A stretch of DNA of 64,000 nt. Source: Octopus sinensis. Taxonomy: Eukaryota. Made by a program: the position numbers and the translations under genes. Shown piece by piece: positions 12,814 to 24,882 of the stretch. Numbering within the stretch: position 1 is the first letter of the stretch; each line of letters opens with the position of its first letter. A model generated the notes under the pieces. That model saw only the letters and a program-made list of their open reading frames with translations, was not told the origin of the DNA and searched no databases. The stretch spans positions 65,720,001-65,784,000 of the forward strand of contig NC_043002.1 in NCBI RefSeq assembly GCF_006345805.1, given 5' to 3'.

Positions 12814-13339
12814 TTGGGTTGTCCGGAAAGTTCATGCCGATTTTTAAAAGAAAGAAAAAGGTCAATAAATACTTGTAGTTACATATTTAATCAACCAAAT
12901 ATGAACCATTTTGTTGCACAGTGCGTCTCTATCTTTCCTTTAACTTGAAAATACCCTCTTCCCAGAATTGAGGTGGTTTCATAGCAAAGAATTTATCAAG
13001 GTATTTTTTTACGTCATGCAAGGAATTGAAATTTTTACCATTAAGACTATTCTGCAGAGACCTGAATAAGTGGAAATCCGAAGGAACAATATCTGCAGCA
13101 ATTTTTGTCTGGTTCCCAAAACATCAAGTGCCGAAAATGAACTTTCTTATCTTCCATTTTAAAGGGTTACAAAATTAACACAGGTTATAGGAACATAAAC
13201 CTTCTTCCACGAAAAGATAACTTAAACTGTGCTCTAAATGGAGGTGTAGTCAAATCCTATTTTATGGACTCAACCATGTTCTAAAATAAGTCGAAAGGTA
13301 AGCTACTGTAAATTGACACGAACTTTCCGGAAAACCCAA
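12814..13339 (-). mobile_element. Internally deleted non-autonomous derivative of the 54094-55342 mariner
   Basis: TIRs TTGGGTTGTCCGGAAAGTTC at both ends with TA flanks. Colinear with the 5' ~215 bp and 3' ~300 bp of 54094-55342, with two internal deletions. Confidence 0.95.
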
Positions 13340-13969
13340 TAGAAACATATGACAACGCCACTAGATACAAATGTCTATCAGGAGTGCAGGAGTAAGATTT
13401 ATATAAAGTTACACTAGGTTTATATCCAACTTCTTTCAGATGTATAATACCAAATGAAGATTAAAACATTTCAGTCCGAACTCACAAAATCTGCATGATA
13501 CTGCTATGCAGGAATATGTCATATGAGCTCCGAGGTGCCGTTTAAGAGTCTGTTGTTTAGCCGAAGTTCTATGGCATGCAGTGACTGGTGGTGAAATCTT
13601 CCTCTGAATATAACAGTCTTAAATGATCTAATAACTACTGTTGACCTTTAGTGGAGCTGACAAAACGTAAGATAATACGCCATTAACATTTGCTACAAAA
13701 AATTCTACCAAAAGATTTAAACCTATACCCTCTTGGAAAGTTCTAGAAACAGTTAAAGGTGCTGTCTTGCATCTACATCTTGATTAATTCTTTAACCTTA
13801 AATTAAAATGCTTTGTTCGTGGTTTGTCTCGGATTTTCGCGGTGGTCCCATAACTTTTCTATACCTAAGCTTGAGATTACTCCCCAGTTGCCTGTACAGT
13901 GGTTATTAAACTAATAAATATCTGAATACCATTTTAAACGCCTTTCACATATTTTATTTTTTATTTTTT

Positions 13970-14190
13970 ATTTGTTTCAGTCATAGACTCCGGACATGCT
14001 GGGGCACCGCCTTGAAGATCTTATAGTCGAATAAGTACTGGGGTTATAACCATAACCCCAGTACTTTTTTCTTAATCTAATACTTATTCTATCGATCTCT
14101 TAGGCTGAACCGCTAATTTATGGGGACATAAACACACCAACACCGGTTATTAAGTGTTGGAGGGGGAACAAACACAGACATACAGACATA
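13970..14190 (-). mobile_element. SINE family 1, 3' half
   Basis: Reverse complement of ...GGCGGTGCCCCAGCATG...GACTGAAACAAAT tail and body. Confidence 0.75.
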
Positions 14191-14242
14191 TATATATATA
14201 TATATGTGCGTGTGTGTGCGTATAAAGTTAACAGAGTGAGAT

Positions 14243-14433
14243 AAAAATTCCAAGGCTGTGAATATAGTTTTCAGAACATTTATAAAGAGAAGGTCTTACA
14301 GCTGTTGCCAGGATATTTCATATATCCCTTCTCGCACCGTCTCTGATGAAGGGATATATAAAATATCCCGGAAACATCTGTAAAGCCTTTTCTTTATAAA
14401 TGTTCCGAAAACTGTTCGCAGCCTTGAATTTTT
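14243..14433. mobile_element. ~190-bp palindromic element with a hammerhead-like motif in each arm
   Basis: ~90-bp arms are reverse-complementary. Plus arm: GTCT-CTGATGA-A-GGGATAT(ATAAA)ATATCCC-G-GAAAC-ATCT-GTA. Minus arm keeps AACAGCTGTA-AGAC (palindromic stem III plus stem I partner). Confidence 0.8.
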
Positions 14434-15051
14434 TTAAATCATTCTGTTAATTTTTTATATATATCCACGCTAATATATGACCTAAGTCGGACTTCTCATT
14501 CACATAATCATCGAACCTGGAGCTTAACTATAGTCTGTCCATAGCACTTACTCAGCATTGCCTGACACTTTTGGGTCTTCTTGACACCATTTCCTCTCAA
14601 AACCCCGATATACATACATACATACATACATACATACATACATACATACATACATACTTTATATATATAGGAAATATATATATATATATAGGAAATAGTG
14701 GCACAACAAGGCATCAATGTTTGCTAGAAATAACAGTCGATAACCGTACGACGCTGTGGAAAGCTTTACTGAATGTATATAGGCAAAGGTGTGTGCGGGC
14801 GGCGAACATAAAAAAATTTTTTCGTCTTACCTCTAGGAAGAACACCAGATAAATGGACAATCTAGAATGGATGACCTAGTACTCAAGTTTCGGACTTTCC
14901 AGAATATGTTTGTTATCATAAATCAGGTTAGTCTTCTTCAGCTAGGCTCACCGAAGATGAAATTTGAATTATCAATATCGCCAGTATATTCGGCTGATAC
15001 GCCTAGACATAAACAGAACAGCGATCAGTGAAAAAGTTTTATAAAAAAAAT

Positions 15052-15212
15052 TTATAAATACTTTTGTAATACAATAGTATTATTTTCCAGCTAAATAAAG
15101 CACAGTAAACATTGGTACCTTGTTGTGCCAGTATTTCCTATCTATAAGTTTACCTTTACGGCGCTTTATTTAGCTGGAAAATAACACTATTGTATTGCAA
15201 TAATATTTATAA
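15052..15212. mobile_element. MITE-like short inverted-repeat element
   Basis: ~50-bp arms (TACAATAGTATTATTTTCCAGCTAAATAAAGC and its inverse) around a ~60-bp non-coding centre. Confidence 0.75.
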
Positions 15213-15220
15213 TTTTACAT

Positions 15221-15254
<34 letters not shown>

Positions 15255-15258
<4 letters not shown>

Positions 15259-15395
15259 GACAAGCTTCGTTCAGTTTCCGTCTACCAAATCCACTCACAT
15301 GGCTTTGGTCGGTCCGACGTTATAGAAGATGACACTTGACCAAGGTGTCACGCTGTCGAAGCAGGCTTATTACCACACAGCCACGCCTGCACCTA
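15255..15395 (-). mobile_element. SINE family 1, 5' half; a detached plus-strand tail lies at ~15450-15495
   Basis: TTCAGTTTCCGTCTACCAAATCCACTCAC...CCACACAGCCAC. Confidence 0.75.
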
Positions 15396-16059
15396 TATAC
15401 TCATAGTAATTTACTTTCATTGCAGACTTAGCTTTACTGAAAAATTAACAAGGTGGTGTTCCAGCATGGCCGCAGTCAAATGACTGAAATAATGAAAGAA
15501 AAAAATTCAAAACAAAATTCTCTTGGTCCAAATAAGAAATTTGAATTCGTTGCATCCTGCGGGTATTCTGATAAATTCTTGCTACAGTTTTACATCTTAC
15601 CCATTCGTTAATTTTTTCCTCCAAATGGTGTATGTGTCGGAATATACGTCTGAAGAATTTTCTATTAAAAAATGAAGAAATAAATTACCAGAATTTCATT
15701 TTTATGTTCATACAAGTTACCTCCCGGGCATCATTTTCTTGAAAGATATTTTTTCTTCCAGTTTACAACTGTTTGGTTCTGTTCTCATTTCCTGGCTCTT
15801 CGAGGGGTGGCGTGGGGTGTTTTGTTTCCATCAGTGATTGATGAATGTCCGTGTTTTGAATTTTTTATGCTCAACTCATTATGTATTTAATTATGGCACT
15901 CACAACGCTTAATTTTCTGCACTATCTACATTTATAATGACATTTCAACCATGAATATTTCCATTTAAAAATATTTCTTCCATTACAAGTTGTCAAGCAA
16001 TTAAAATAAGTTTCCTTTATCAAGATCTTCGGCGTATGTACGTATGCATGTATATATAA

Positions 16060-16161
<102 letters not shown>

Positions 16162-16516
16162 GGAGTAAACACATAAATGTGAAACAAGGTGGAAAAAATG
16201 AGTACTCAAATAGCAGGGATAGAGTAATATGCTTTATTTAAAAGCAGCAGAAATTCAACAAAACCTGTTACTCGGAGTTTCACGTTCCCATTCGTAGGAC
16301 AGTTTTGTTAAATTTTAACAAAGCTGTCCGGAGAACGGGAACGTGAAACTCCGACTAACAGGTTTTGTTGAATTTCTGCTGCTTTTAAATAAAGTATATA
16401 TATATATTTATGAATATGTGTTTTGTGTGTGTGTGTGTTTGTGTTGTGTGTCTATGTGTGTATATATAGGATATATATATACACACATAAATACATACAT
16501 ATATACATACATACGT

Positions 16517-16582
<66 letters not shown>

Positions 16583-17623
16583 GAATATGTGTGTGTTGTG
16601 TGTCTGTGTGTGTTAAACAACATATGGGATATATATACACACATAAATACATAAACAGATACACACACAATTCATACATACATACATGCATACATACATA
16701 CATTCATACATACATACATACATACATACATACATACATACATACATACATACATACATACATACATACATACAATCTAAGAAACCGTAAGCCAGAAAAA
16801 ATATGTGCTCATACATTTGTCAATACTGTGGATGCATTAATCAAATTGTACGGTATTATACATCCATTATGGCCGATCTTATCAATAGGTTTCGTGCTGG
16901 CTAATATACCGTATATAGACACCAGCAGAGTTGCGTAATACCGTGTGCTCGTCAGAGGAAGCTAGTACGGTGACAGCTCCCCGTTAAGGGTGGTGAAAAA
17001 CCAAATCAGGTTTGTTGGTTCTGGGAAAAAAGATGTTTTTTAAATCGCTTATGTGACTTTAGTCCAGCCAATGATCAGATTGGAAATAAGAAAGGACTGT
17101 TATAGTTACCCTTTGCTCTCAGTTCCTTAAAATGATCCAGATGTCTTAATTCTTAGGTTTTGTAGGGCTTTATATCATGGTGACCTCCATTCATTGCAAT
17201 TTAATGCAATGAATAAGGTCAATAGGGATTTGAATCGAGATAGCCATTAGCATGGTACTGTATGAGAGAAGAGTGGGGAAAGAGCACAAAAAGACCTGAA
17301 ACCAGCTCACCACCCTGTTTTGTGGTTAAAAATATCGCTTTGCAGCCATGTGGTTTCGGGTTGGGTCTTAGTGGATGGCAGTTCGGGTGATTCCTTCCTA
17401 GGTTGCACTGGAACCGTTTAATGCGTTATAATTGAATTTGGTTGATGGAAATTGTGCGGAATCTTCTAATATATGTGTGTGTGCGTGCGCGCACATGTGT
17501 GTGTGTATCTCTATGCATACATATATATATATGCATACGTATATGCATATATATATATATATATACATATATGCATATATGTATGATATATATATATATA
17601 AACATATAATATATGTATATACA

Positions 17624-17691
<68 letters not shown>

Positions 17692-17737
17692 CTATGCATA
17701 TATGAATGCATATATATATGCACACAGATATATATAT

Positions 17738-17957
17738 ATTTCTTTACTACCCACAAGGGGCTAAACACAGACGGGACAAACAAGGTCAGACAAACGGATT
17801 AAGTCGATTATATCGACCCCAGTGTGTAACTGGTACTTAATTTATCGACCCCGAAAGGATGAAAGGCAAAGTCGACCTCGGCGGAATTTGAACTCGGAAC
17901 GTGACGACAGACGAAATACAGCTACGCATTTCGCCCGGCGTGCTAACGTTTCTGCCA
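17738..17957 (-). mobile_element. SINE family 2
   Basis: Reverse complement of CAGAAACGTTAGCACGCCGGGCGAAATGCG...GTTCAAATTCCGCCGAGGTCGAC...TTAGCCCCTTGTGGGTAGTAAAGAAATA. Confidence 0.9.
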
Positions 17958-18392
17958 TCATTGTTCGACCGTGGTCGAGACAAGGGAATTTACTATGCTA
18001 CGCCAGACTTCACGGTCCATCATAGCATTACGGAGGTTCTGTTGCTGGATGCCTGTATCCCTGGAGATTACATCAGGGTAGGAGAGTGTGCACCCTCTGG
18101 TATCGGGAGTAGATGGCTTCCAGAGGAGAAGAGTAGAAATTGACTCGCATTCATCTCTACAACAATGTCCAGCAAACTGGACTCTCCCACCTTTCACAAG
18201 AGATGATACAGGTAGTAGTTTCCCATATATTTCTATTTGGTTGGAGGACGCTTCCACGAGAGATTTTGAACTCTCATAAGGAGGTGAGTGTAAGTTCCAT
18301 CCAACCGCCTCTCAAGCTTCTTTGATAACATCCATGTTTCTGAGCCATATAGTAGAATTGGTTCGACTAGCCATATAGTAGAATTGGTTCGA
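17958..18392 (-). mobile_element. RTE-clade LINE, 3' fragment
   Basis: EPILLYGSETW (tandemly duplicated at 18344-18392), LERRLDGTYTHLL, VQFAGHC.R...LLLWKP...DREVWRSIV; typical RTE ORF2 C-terminus. Confidence 0.85.
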
Positions 18393-18411
18393 TATATAGT
18401 CTAGAAAAGAC

Positions 18412-18473
<62 letters not shown>

Positions 18474-18489
18474 TATATATATTATATAT

Positions 18490-19505
18490 ATATATATACA
18501 TATATATATATACTTTTAGTTCATCACAAAGCCTTGCAAAGCTAAGTAATCTATTTCTATTTAAGATTAAAAATTTTTTTAATTTAAATTTAAAATACTT
18601 TAATAAGTTTTATTGTATAATTTTGTATTCTATATAAATACTGATTGTTATGTAATGATTTAGTTATCGAAGTTATGTATAATTATTAGATTTTAACTCT
18701 ACGTTTATTTGTAAGACTTTACTTAGCCAAAGAGATATATAGATCGTTAATATTAATACGATTTTTTTTTAAAGTTAGGTTTCATGTCTATACATTTATT
18801 GATAGCATAAATTTTAGTCTTTAATAACTATATTTGTTAATAGTTAGTTATTATTTTTAAATATTTTATAATTATTAGATGTGTACTTAAATTTAATATA
18901 TGAATAACGATTTTTTAGTTAAATAATTTGGTAATTACATTTTTGGACTATAACTGTGTTAAGGATATTTGTGAGTTTATTATGTTTTTTTAAGCTTTTT
19001 TATATATTCATTAATATCTCTAATTGTTGACTTTGTTCTATTATAGCTTATATATAGCTATTTTCAATTGATAATTTGTAATAGTATTTTTCATTGATAA
19101 ATATATTCGTAGTATTTATTGGATACTATATAACTACGGATTGATAATTTCATTGTATAAGTATTTAGTTCTTGAAGATATGTATTTCATTATTTCATTA
19201 TTAGTTCTTAACTATACGGTTTTTGTAAGTTATTAATTAGCCAACGAGATATATGGATCGTTAATAGTCATAGGGTTCTTTTAAGATAGTTTATTTGTTT
19301 ACAATTTGCTTTTTCATCTTTAATCTTTTAATTTTTAATATAATTCATAAGTAATAATGAATAATTGATTTATTTAGTTTTTTATTATACGTATAACAAA
19401 GCAGTTTATTATACGTATAATTAAGCAGTTTAGCTTAATGGTAAAATCACTTCGCCGGAATCTTTAAGAGATTGAAGTTCGAGTCCTATGGCTGTTTGTT
19501 GACAA
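18490..19505. repeat. Very AT-rich, C-poor block with diverged internal duplications (left part)
   Basis: 18682-18752 is repeated at 19197-19267, and 18789-19010 is repeated at ~22550-22790. Palindrome TTATACGTATAA occurs at 19385 and 19409. Origin not determined. Confidence 0.6.
19424..19496 (+). pseudogene. Degenerate tRNA-like sequence
   Basis: AGCAGTT/GGCTGTT acceptor-like stem (3 G-U pairs), TAGCTTAATGGTA D-loop/A box and GTTCGAGTCC T-loop/B box. The anticodon and T stems do not fold properly. Confidence 0.4.
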
Positions 19506-19509
19506 ATTT

Positions 19510-22500
19510 TTAGTAAACCCAAGTGCAAGTGCTCCTACCAGCACCAAAAGCCATGGAGATGAAAGAGCCAAAAAAGAAATAAAAGGAGGAAAAACTAAAA
19601 GAAAAACAAAAGTTGAAACAGTCAAAGAAGGAAAAACTAAAACTCAAACAAAACCAAAAAATGAAACAGCCAAGAATAGAAGCAAACCTGACTATACATG
19701 TACCAAAAAGGATGGAAACAAACAGCGCACACGCGTGTGTAGGTTCTACCTGAGAGGTGTCTGCTAGCATGGAGAGGAAGGTGCAGGCTGCCGTTTTGCA
19801 CATCGGGGACCCTCCCGCAGAAACACGAAACAGGTCAGAAACCAACTACCAAAAGGAAAAGGGATGGACCACGCACCACCTGCTCCAAAACGGAGATACG
19901 CAGATGTGGTGCGTGCTACAAACCGCCAACATGTTATTGAAAGGGCGGCTGCTGAACAAGAATCTTTTTTGTGCATGGCACAAAAGATTGTACAGCAGCT
20001 AACCTGGCTCCATCAAACTCAAACTCGCAGATGGGACTATCCACAATACACAAGATCACCACAGCAAATAGACCCAAGGTGGACACCGCCGGCAACAGCA
20101 TACACCTCACCTCGATGCTCCTACTGAACATCAGAGGACTGCTAACACTCAGTAACAGGACAGAAATCTCGTTCTTGAGAGACTTTGTTGCATGCAATCA
20201 AGCCTTATGCATAGCACTTACGGAAACACACCTGAAACCGGACATAGCAGATGCGGAATTACACATACCACAGTATGTTGTACTACGGACCGACAGAAAA
20301 GAAAGGAGTCATGGAGGAGTTGCTATGTACATCCGTGAGGACTTCACACCCCAGGTCCTTTCGTCATACTCAAATTCGGTGTGTGACACACTAATTGTAC
20401 ATATAAGACAACTTGGTGTAGTTGTGTGTGCTACATATCGTCCTCCAGATGCCCCAAGCCATGTAGGCAAGTTTGAAGACTGCCTTATAAAAATAGAAGT
20501 TCTAGTCACATTAGAACAACACATAAATGTACTTCTTATGGGAGACTTCAATCTACTCAATGTCAGATGGCCCGAGGGCCTTTCTCTCCCAGGAATGACA
20601 CGATGTGAACGAGGACAGGCAACGTCTCTCCTGAACATCATCAACACCCTGTACATGGAGCAAGTAATACTCCAACCAACCAGGGCAGGTAACATACTGG
20701 ACCTCTGCTTCACAAATAATATGGATCTCATCCATAATGTGAAAGTGACACCGACACTACTCTCGGATCACAACATGGTAGAGCTGACCATGTACGGGCC
20801 AAAGGAAAGCATGGACATGCAGCCTACAAGAAACTCTCAGAATATTTCCAGCTTGAACTTCCATAAGGCAAACTGGAAACAAATTGAGAAAGAGATTCTC
20901 AAACAAAACTGGCCTGAATGTCTCTCCTCGCCAGACATCGACATGAAACTTCAACAATTCATGTCTGTAATACAAACCATATGCTACAAATGTGTCCCAG
21001 AGAGAAAGGTCACTGTACACAAGAACAAAATCCCCAGAGAGAAGAAAATTCTGAGACGGCGTACAAAAGTTTCAAATCGCCTAAATAAACAAACTGAAAG
21101 CAGTGGCTCTCTTTCAGTCCCGCCTGAAAATAAAACTGTTGGAAATTGAAAAATGTCTGCAACTCTCCCATGAAAAGGAAAGGGCAGACAAAGAAGCCTA
21201 GGCTATAGACAACATAAAATCTAACCCCAGAGCTTTCTACAGGTATGCCAAAGAAACAGCTACGGTGCACTGTAGGATAGGGCCACTCCTTGAAAAGGAT
21301 GGCACACTCACAGGAAATCCAATGAGGGTAAGTGAAATACTAAATGAGCAATTCAAGAGTGTTTTCACTCCACCCCTTGGGCATTTCCAAATCAGCAATC
21401 AGCAATCCAACTGACTTCTTTACCAACACGCACTTCCACTAACACGCAAATAGTGAGCGGTGTTCCGCAGGGCACTGTTTTGGGACCACTACTGTTCATA
21501 ATGGCCCTCTCAAACATGCCCTCAGCCACGCAGAGAGCCACGATCACAAGTTATGCAGATGATACAAAAGTTTCACGGGCAATACAGAACCCTGAAGACA
21601 CTAAGCACCTGCAATGTGAGCTGGACAAAATATACAAGTGGGCTGAAAAGAATAGCATGCTGAAAAGTTTCAAGCTTTATGCTATCAGCATGCAAAACTA
21701 AATGCAATACCCAATGAATACACTGGACCCAGAGGGATTGCAATCCCAGAGGCACAATCAGTGCGTGACCTGGGTATTTACATTAGTGATGACGCAACCT
21801 TTCATGTACATGTTGCTAAATTGGCAATGAAATGTAGACGGCTGGCCGGACGGGTTCTTAGAACCTTTAGAACAAGAGACCAAGAAACCATGATGGTCCT
21901 CTGGAGGACACTTGTCCTAAGCCACTTTGACTATTGCTCTCAGCTATGGTCACCATCCAGTGTCAAGTTGATCACAGAACTTGAGGCGATCCAACGAAGC
22001 TACACAAAGAAGATAGCCTCTGTGCAGCATATAAGCTACTGGGAAAGACTCAAGAGATTAAAACTCTATTCCTTGGAGCGTAGGCGAGAAAGATATGCCA
22101 TAATATACATCTGGAAGGTCCTGGAAGGACTTGTCCCAAACTTTGGCATCGAGAGTTACACAAATGCCAGAACTGGGCGCCACTGCGTGGTGCCAAGGAC
22201 TCAAAATTTGCCATCAAGATGTAGGACAAGATACTGTGATAGCCTGGGCTTCAGAGGCCCACAGCTCTTCAATATCCTCCCGAAGAACCTGAGGGACCTG
22301 CATGGGGTGGATGCGGATGTCTTTAAAGTAGGACTGGATCTCTTCCTGTCAGGTGTCCCGGATGAACCAACTTCACGGTAGGAGGTGCAGATGAGGGCAG
22401 CTGCATCGAACTCTCTCATGCACCAAATGGCAGTTGCTAAAAAGCATTCGTGAAGTAAAATCATGTAGCAACACCAAATGGCGGTGCCCCAGCATGGCCA

Positions 22501-22530
22501 CAGCTCGTGAGCTGAAACTAGATCAAATAA
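19510..22530 (+). mobile_element. Non-LTR retrotransposon (CR1/L2/Proto2-like), 5'-truncated, RT partly deleted
   Basis: ORF1 remnant with CCCH finger (VCRFYLRGVC*HGEEGAGCRFAH). APE endonuclease (LLNIRGL, LTETHL, YRPP, MGDFN, LDLCFTN, SDH) in ORF 19971-21149. RT C-half SGVPQGTVLGP, YADD, LERRRERY, GPQLFNILP, RAAASNSL. 3' UTR ends in a stem-loop plus an A-rich tail. Clade assignment uncertain. Confidence 0.95.
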
Positions 22531-23335
22531 AATTTAAAAAATAATAAAATATATATTTATTGATAGAGATAATTTTAGATCTTAATTCTTATATTTATAT
22601 ATATTTATATTTGTTTATTGATAATTTAGTTATTATTCAAATATTTTATAATTATTTGATTTGAACTTAAATTTAATAATATGAATAGTGATAATTTTTT
22701 TGATTGTTTTTTTAAATAATTAGGTAATTAGATATTGACTATAACTAAGATTAGGTTATTCGTGAGTTTATTATGTTTTTTAAAGCCATATTATATCTGA
22801 ATTGATAAATACATTTTCTATCTATTCTTACCTTAAAAATTAATATTTAACATTTTAATTGGATTGTATGACATAATCATAATCGTTAAACTTTCCAGTT
22901 TGATAATAGAGTTTTTTATAAGAAAAATTATTATTTTATTTATTTATTTAAAAACATATTGTTTAAATATATTTGCTTATTTAACTATTATCTTTAACCT
23001 GAAGATTGACTATAACCATAATTCGAATTATTAACTGAATTTAAATTATTGTAATTCGAATTAGGTTATGGGCATGAAACGTACATATTGGTTTACTTTT
23101 TATCTTATATTAAACTTTATAATACTTTTTGATAGTTATATATAGTTAAAAAATATATTATATATATAAAATATAAAAATTATAAATATAAATTATTTTT
23201 TTAATTTTAATTAAAATAATTTAAATTTTAAAATTTTATATTTTATATATTTTGTATATTATATTAATTATTTTTTTATGTTTCGTTTATGTTTTCACTG
23301 TTTGATTTGCCTAATAGTGTTTTATCTCTAATTTA
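22531..23335. repeat. Very AT-rich block (right part, continues beyond the LINE)
   Basis: Homologous to 18789-19010. Contains palindrome TAATTCGAATTA twice (23019, 23052) forming a stem-loop. Confidence 0.55.
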
Positions 23336-23338
23336 ATT

Positions 23339-23402
<64 letters not shown>

Positions 23403-23493
23403 ATATATATTAGATAGATAGATATATACATATATTTATTCATATGTATATAAATATACATACATGTATGTATGTATATATGTATATACATAC

Positions 23494-23527
<34 letters not shown>

Positions 23528-24373
23528 CTGTTGCTTTTTCGGTGATCGTCCTAACACCGGAAAGAAGCTGAAATTCTTAAACTTCCAACTTTAAATAAAT
23601 TAAATACTAATCTACTTTTATTGTTTATTATTTTTATCGAGTACTTATTTGTCGCTTGTATGCACAAATGGTATCTATTTATCTCTCTTCCTATTTCTCT
23701 CTCTCTCTCTCTCCCTCTCTGTCTTATATACATTCATTTGTACGTGTTGGTGCATATGAGCGTGCCTGTGTGCATGTATGTGTGATTTGAAATTATTACA
23801 GCGAAGATTAATATTGACTCCGGTACTTGAACGGTACTTATAGTAACGACACCGGAAGGACGGAAGACGAATATCCGAACACGTATGATGTGAAAATAGA
23901 AATCGTCTTCAATAGAATTCATGTACCAATATGAGATAAAATGTCCATTATAAGCAAAGAATTAAAATGAAATCTAATGTAAATGAAGCCATTAAAACGC
24001 AATGAATAATCCAAGTTACGGGGTTTAACCAAATATGACTGCTGTTATTGAAAATAACTTTTAATGTAAATTAAATAGTGCATTGTAATCCTTGTGTGAT
24101 TATGTTTAACTTTATAAAAACGTCGTAGCTCTGCTTGATGTAATGGCTGCTTTCAAGTTTCAATCCGATCCCCCAGCGCATACGCACTTACTGCATATAT
24201 CAGATACGACAAAAACGTCAAGTATGGCACCTGAAGAGGACACTTTCGATAAAACATCCTAATTTAATATGCGTAACAGATTTGAAAGATTTAGATTTTG
24301 TAAAACGCATATTTAGAGAGATTGTATTATGTTTTTAAATGTAATTGGCGTAGGCATGGCTATGTGGTTAAGA

Positions 24374-24606
24374 AGGCGGCGAGCTGGCAGAATCGTTAGC
24401 ACGCCGGGCGAAATGCGTAGCCGTATTTCGTCTGCCGTTACGTTGTGAGTTCAAATTCCGCCGAGGTCAACTTTGCCTTTCATCCTTTCGGGGTCGATAA
24501 ATAAAGTACCGGTTACGCACTGGGGTCGATGTAATCGACTTAATCCCTTTGTCTGTCTTTATTTGTCCCCTCTATGTTTAGCTCCTTGTGGGCAATAAAG
24601 AAATAT
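24374..24606 (+). mobile_element. SINE family 2, complete
   Basis: AAGGCGGCGAGCTGGCAGAATCGTTAGCACGCCGGGCG...GAGTTCAAATTCC...TTTGTCCCCTCTATGTTTAGCTCCTTGTGGGCAATAAAGAAATA; inserted in a family 1 head. Confidence 0.92.
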
Positions 24607-24846
24607 ATGTGGTTAAGAAGATTGCTTGGAAACCAGGTGGTCTCCGGTTCGGTTCCACTGTGGGACACGTTGGACAAATGTATTCTTTTATAGCCCTAGG
24701 CCTTTCAATACCTTGTGGGTGAATATGGTAGACAGAATCAGGGTGGAACTCATAGTGTGTGTGTATATATATATATGTGCGTGTGTGTGTGTGTATTGTA
24801 TGCATATCTGTGTTTACGTGTGCGCGTTTACATGTGCGTATACAGT

Positions 24847-24882
<36 letters not shown>

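Noticed and set aside
18490-19420. Mitochondrial protein-coding or tRNA-Cys NUMT
   Set aside because: Trial translation with the invertebrate mitochondrial code gave only short unrecognisable frames, and the TTGCAAA loop at ~18504 lacks a proper stem. Retained only as an open hypothesis.
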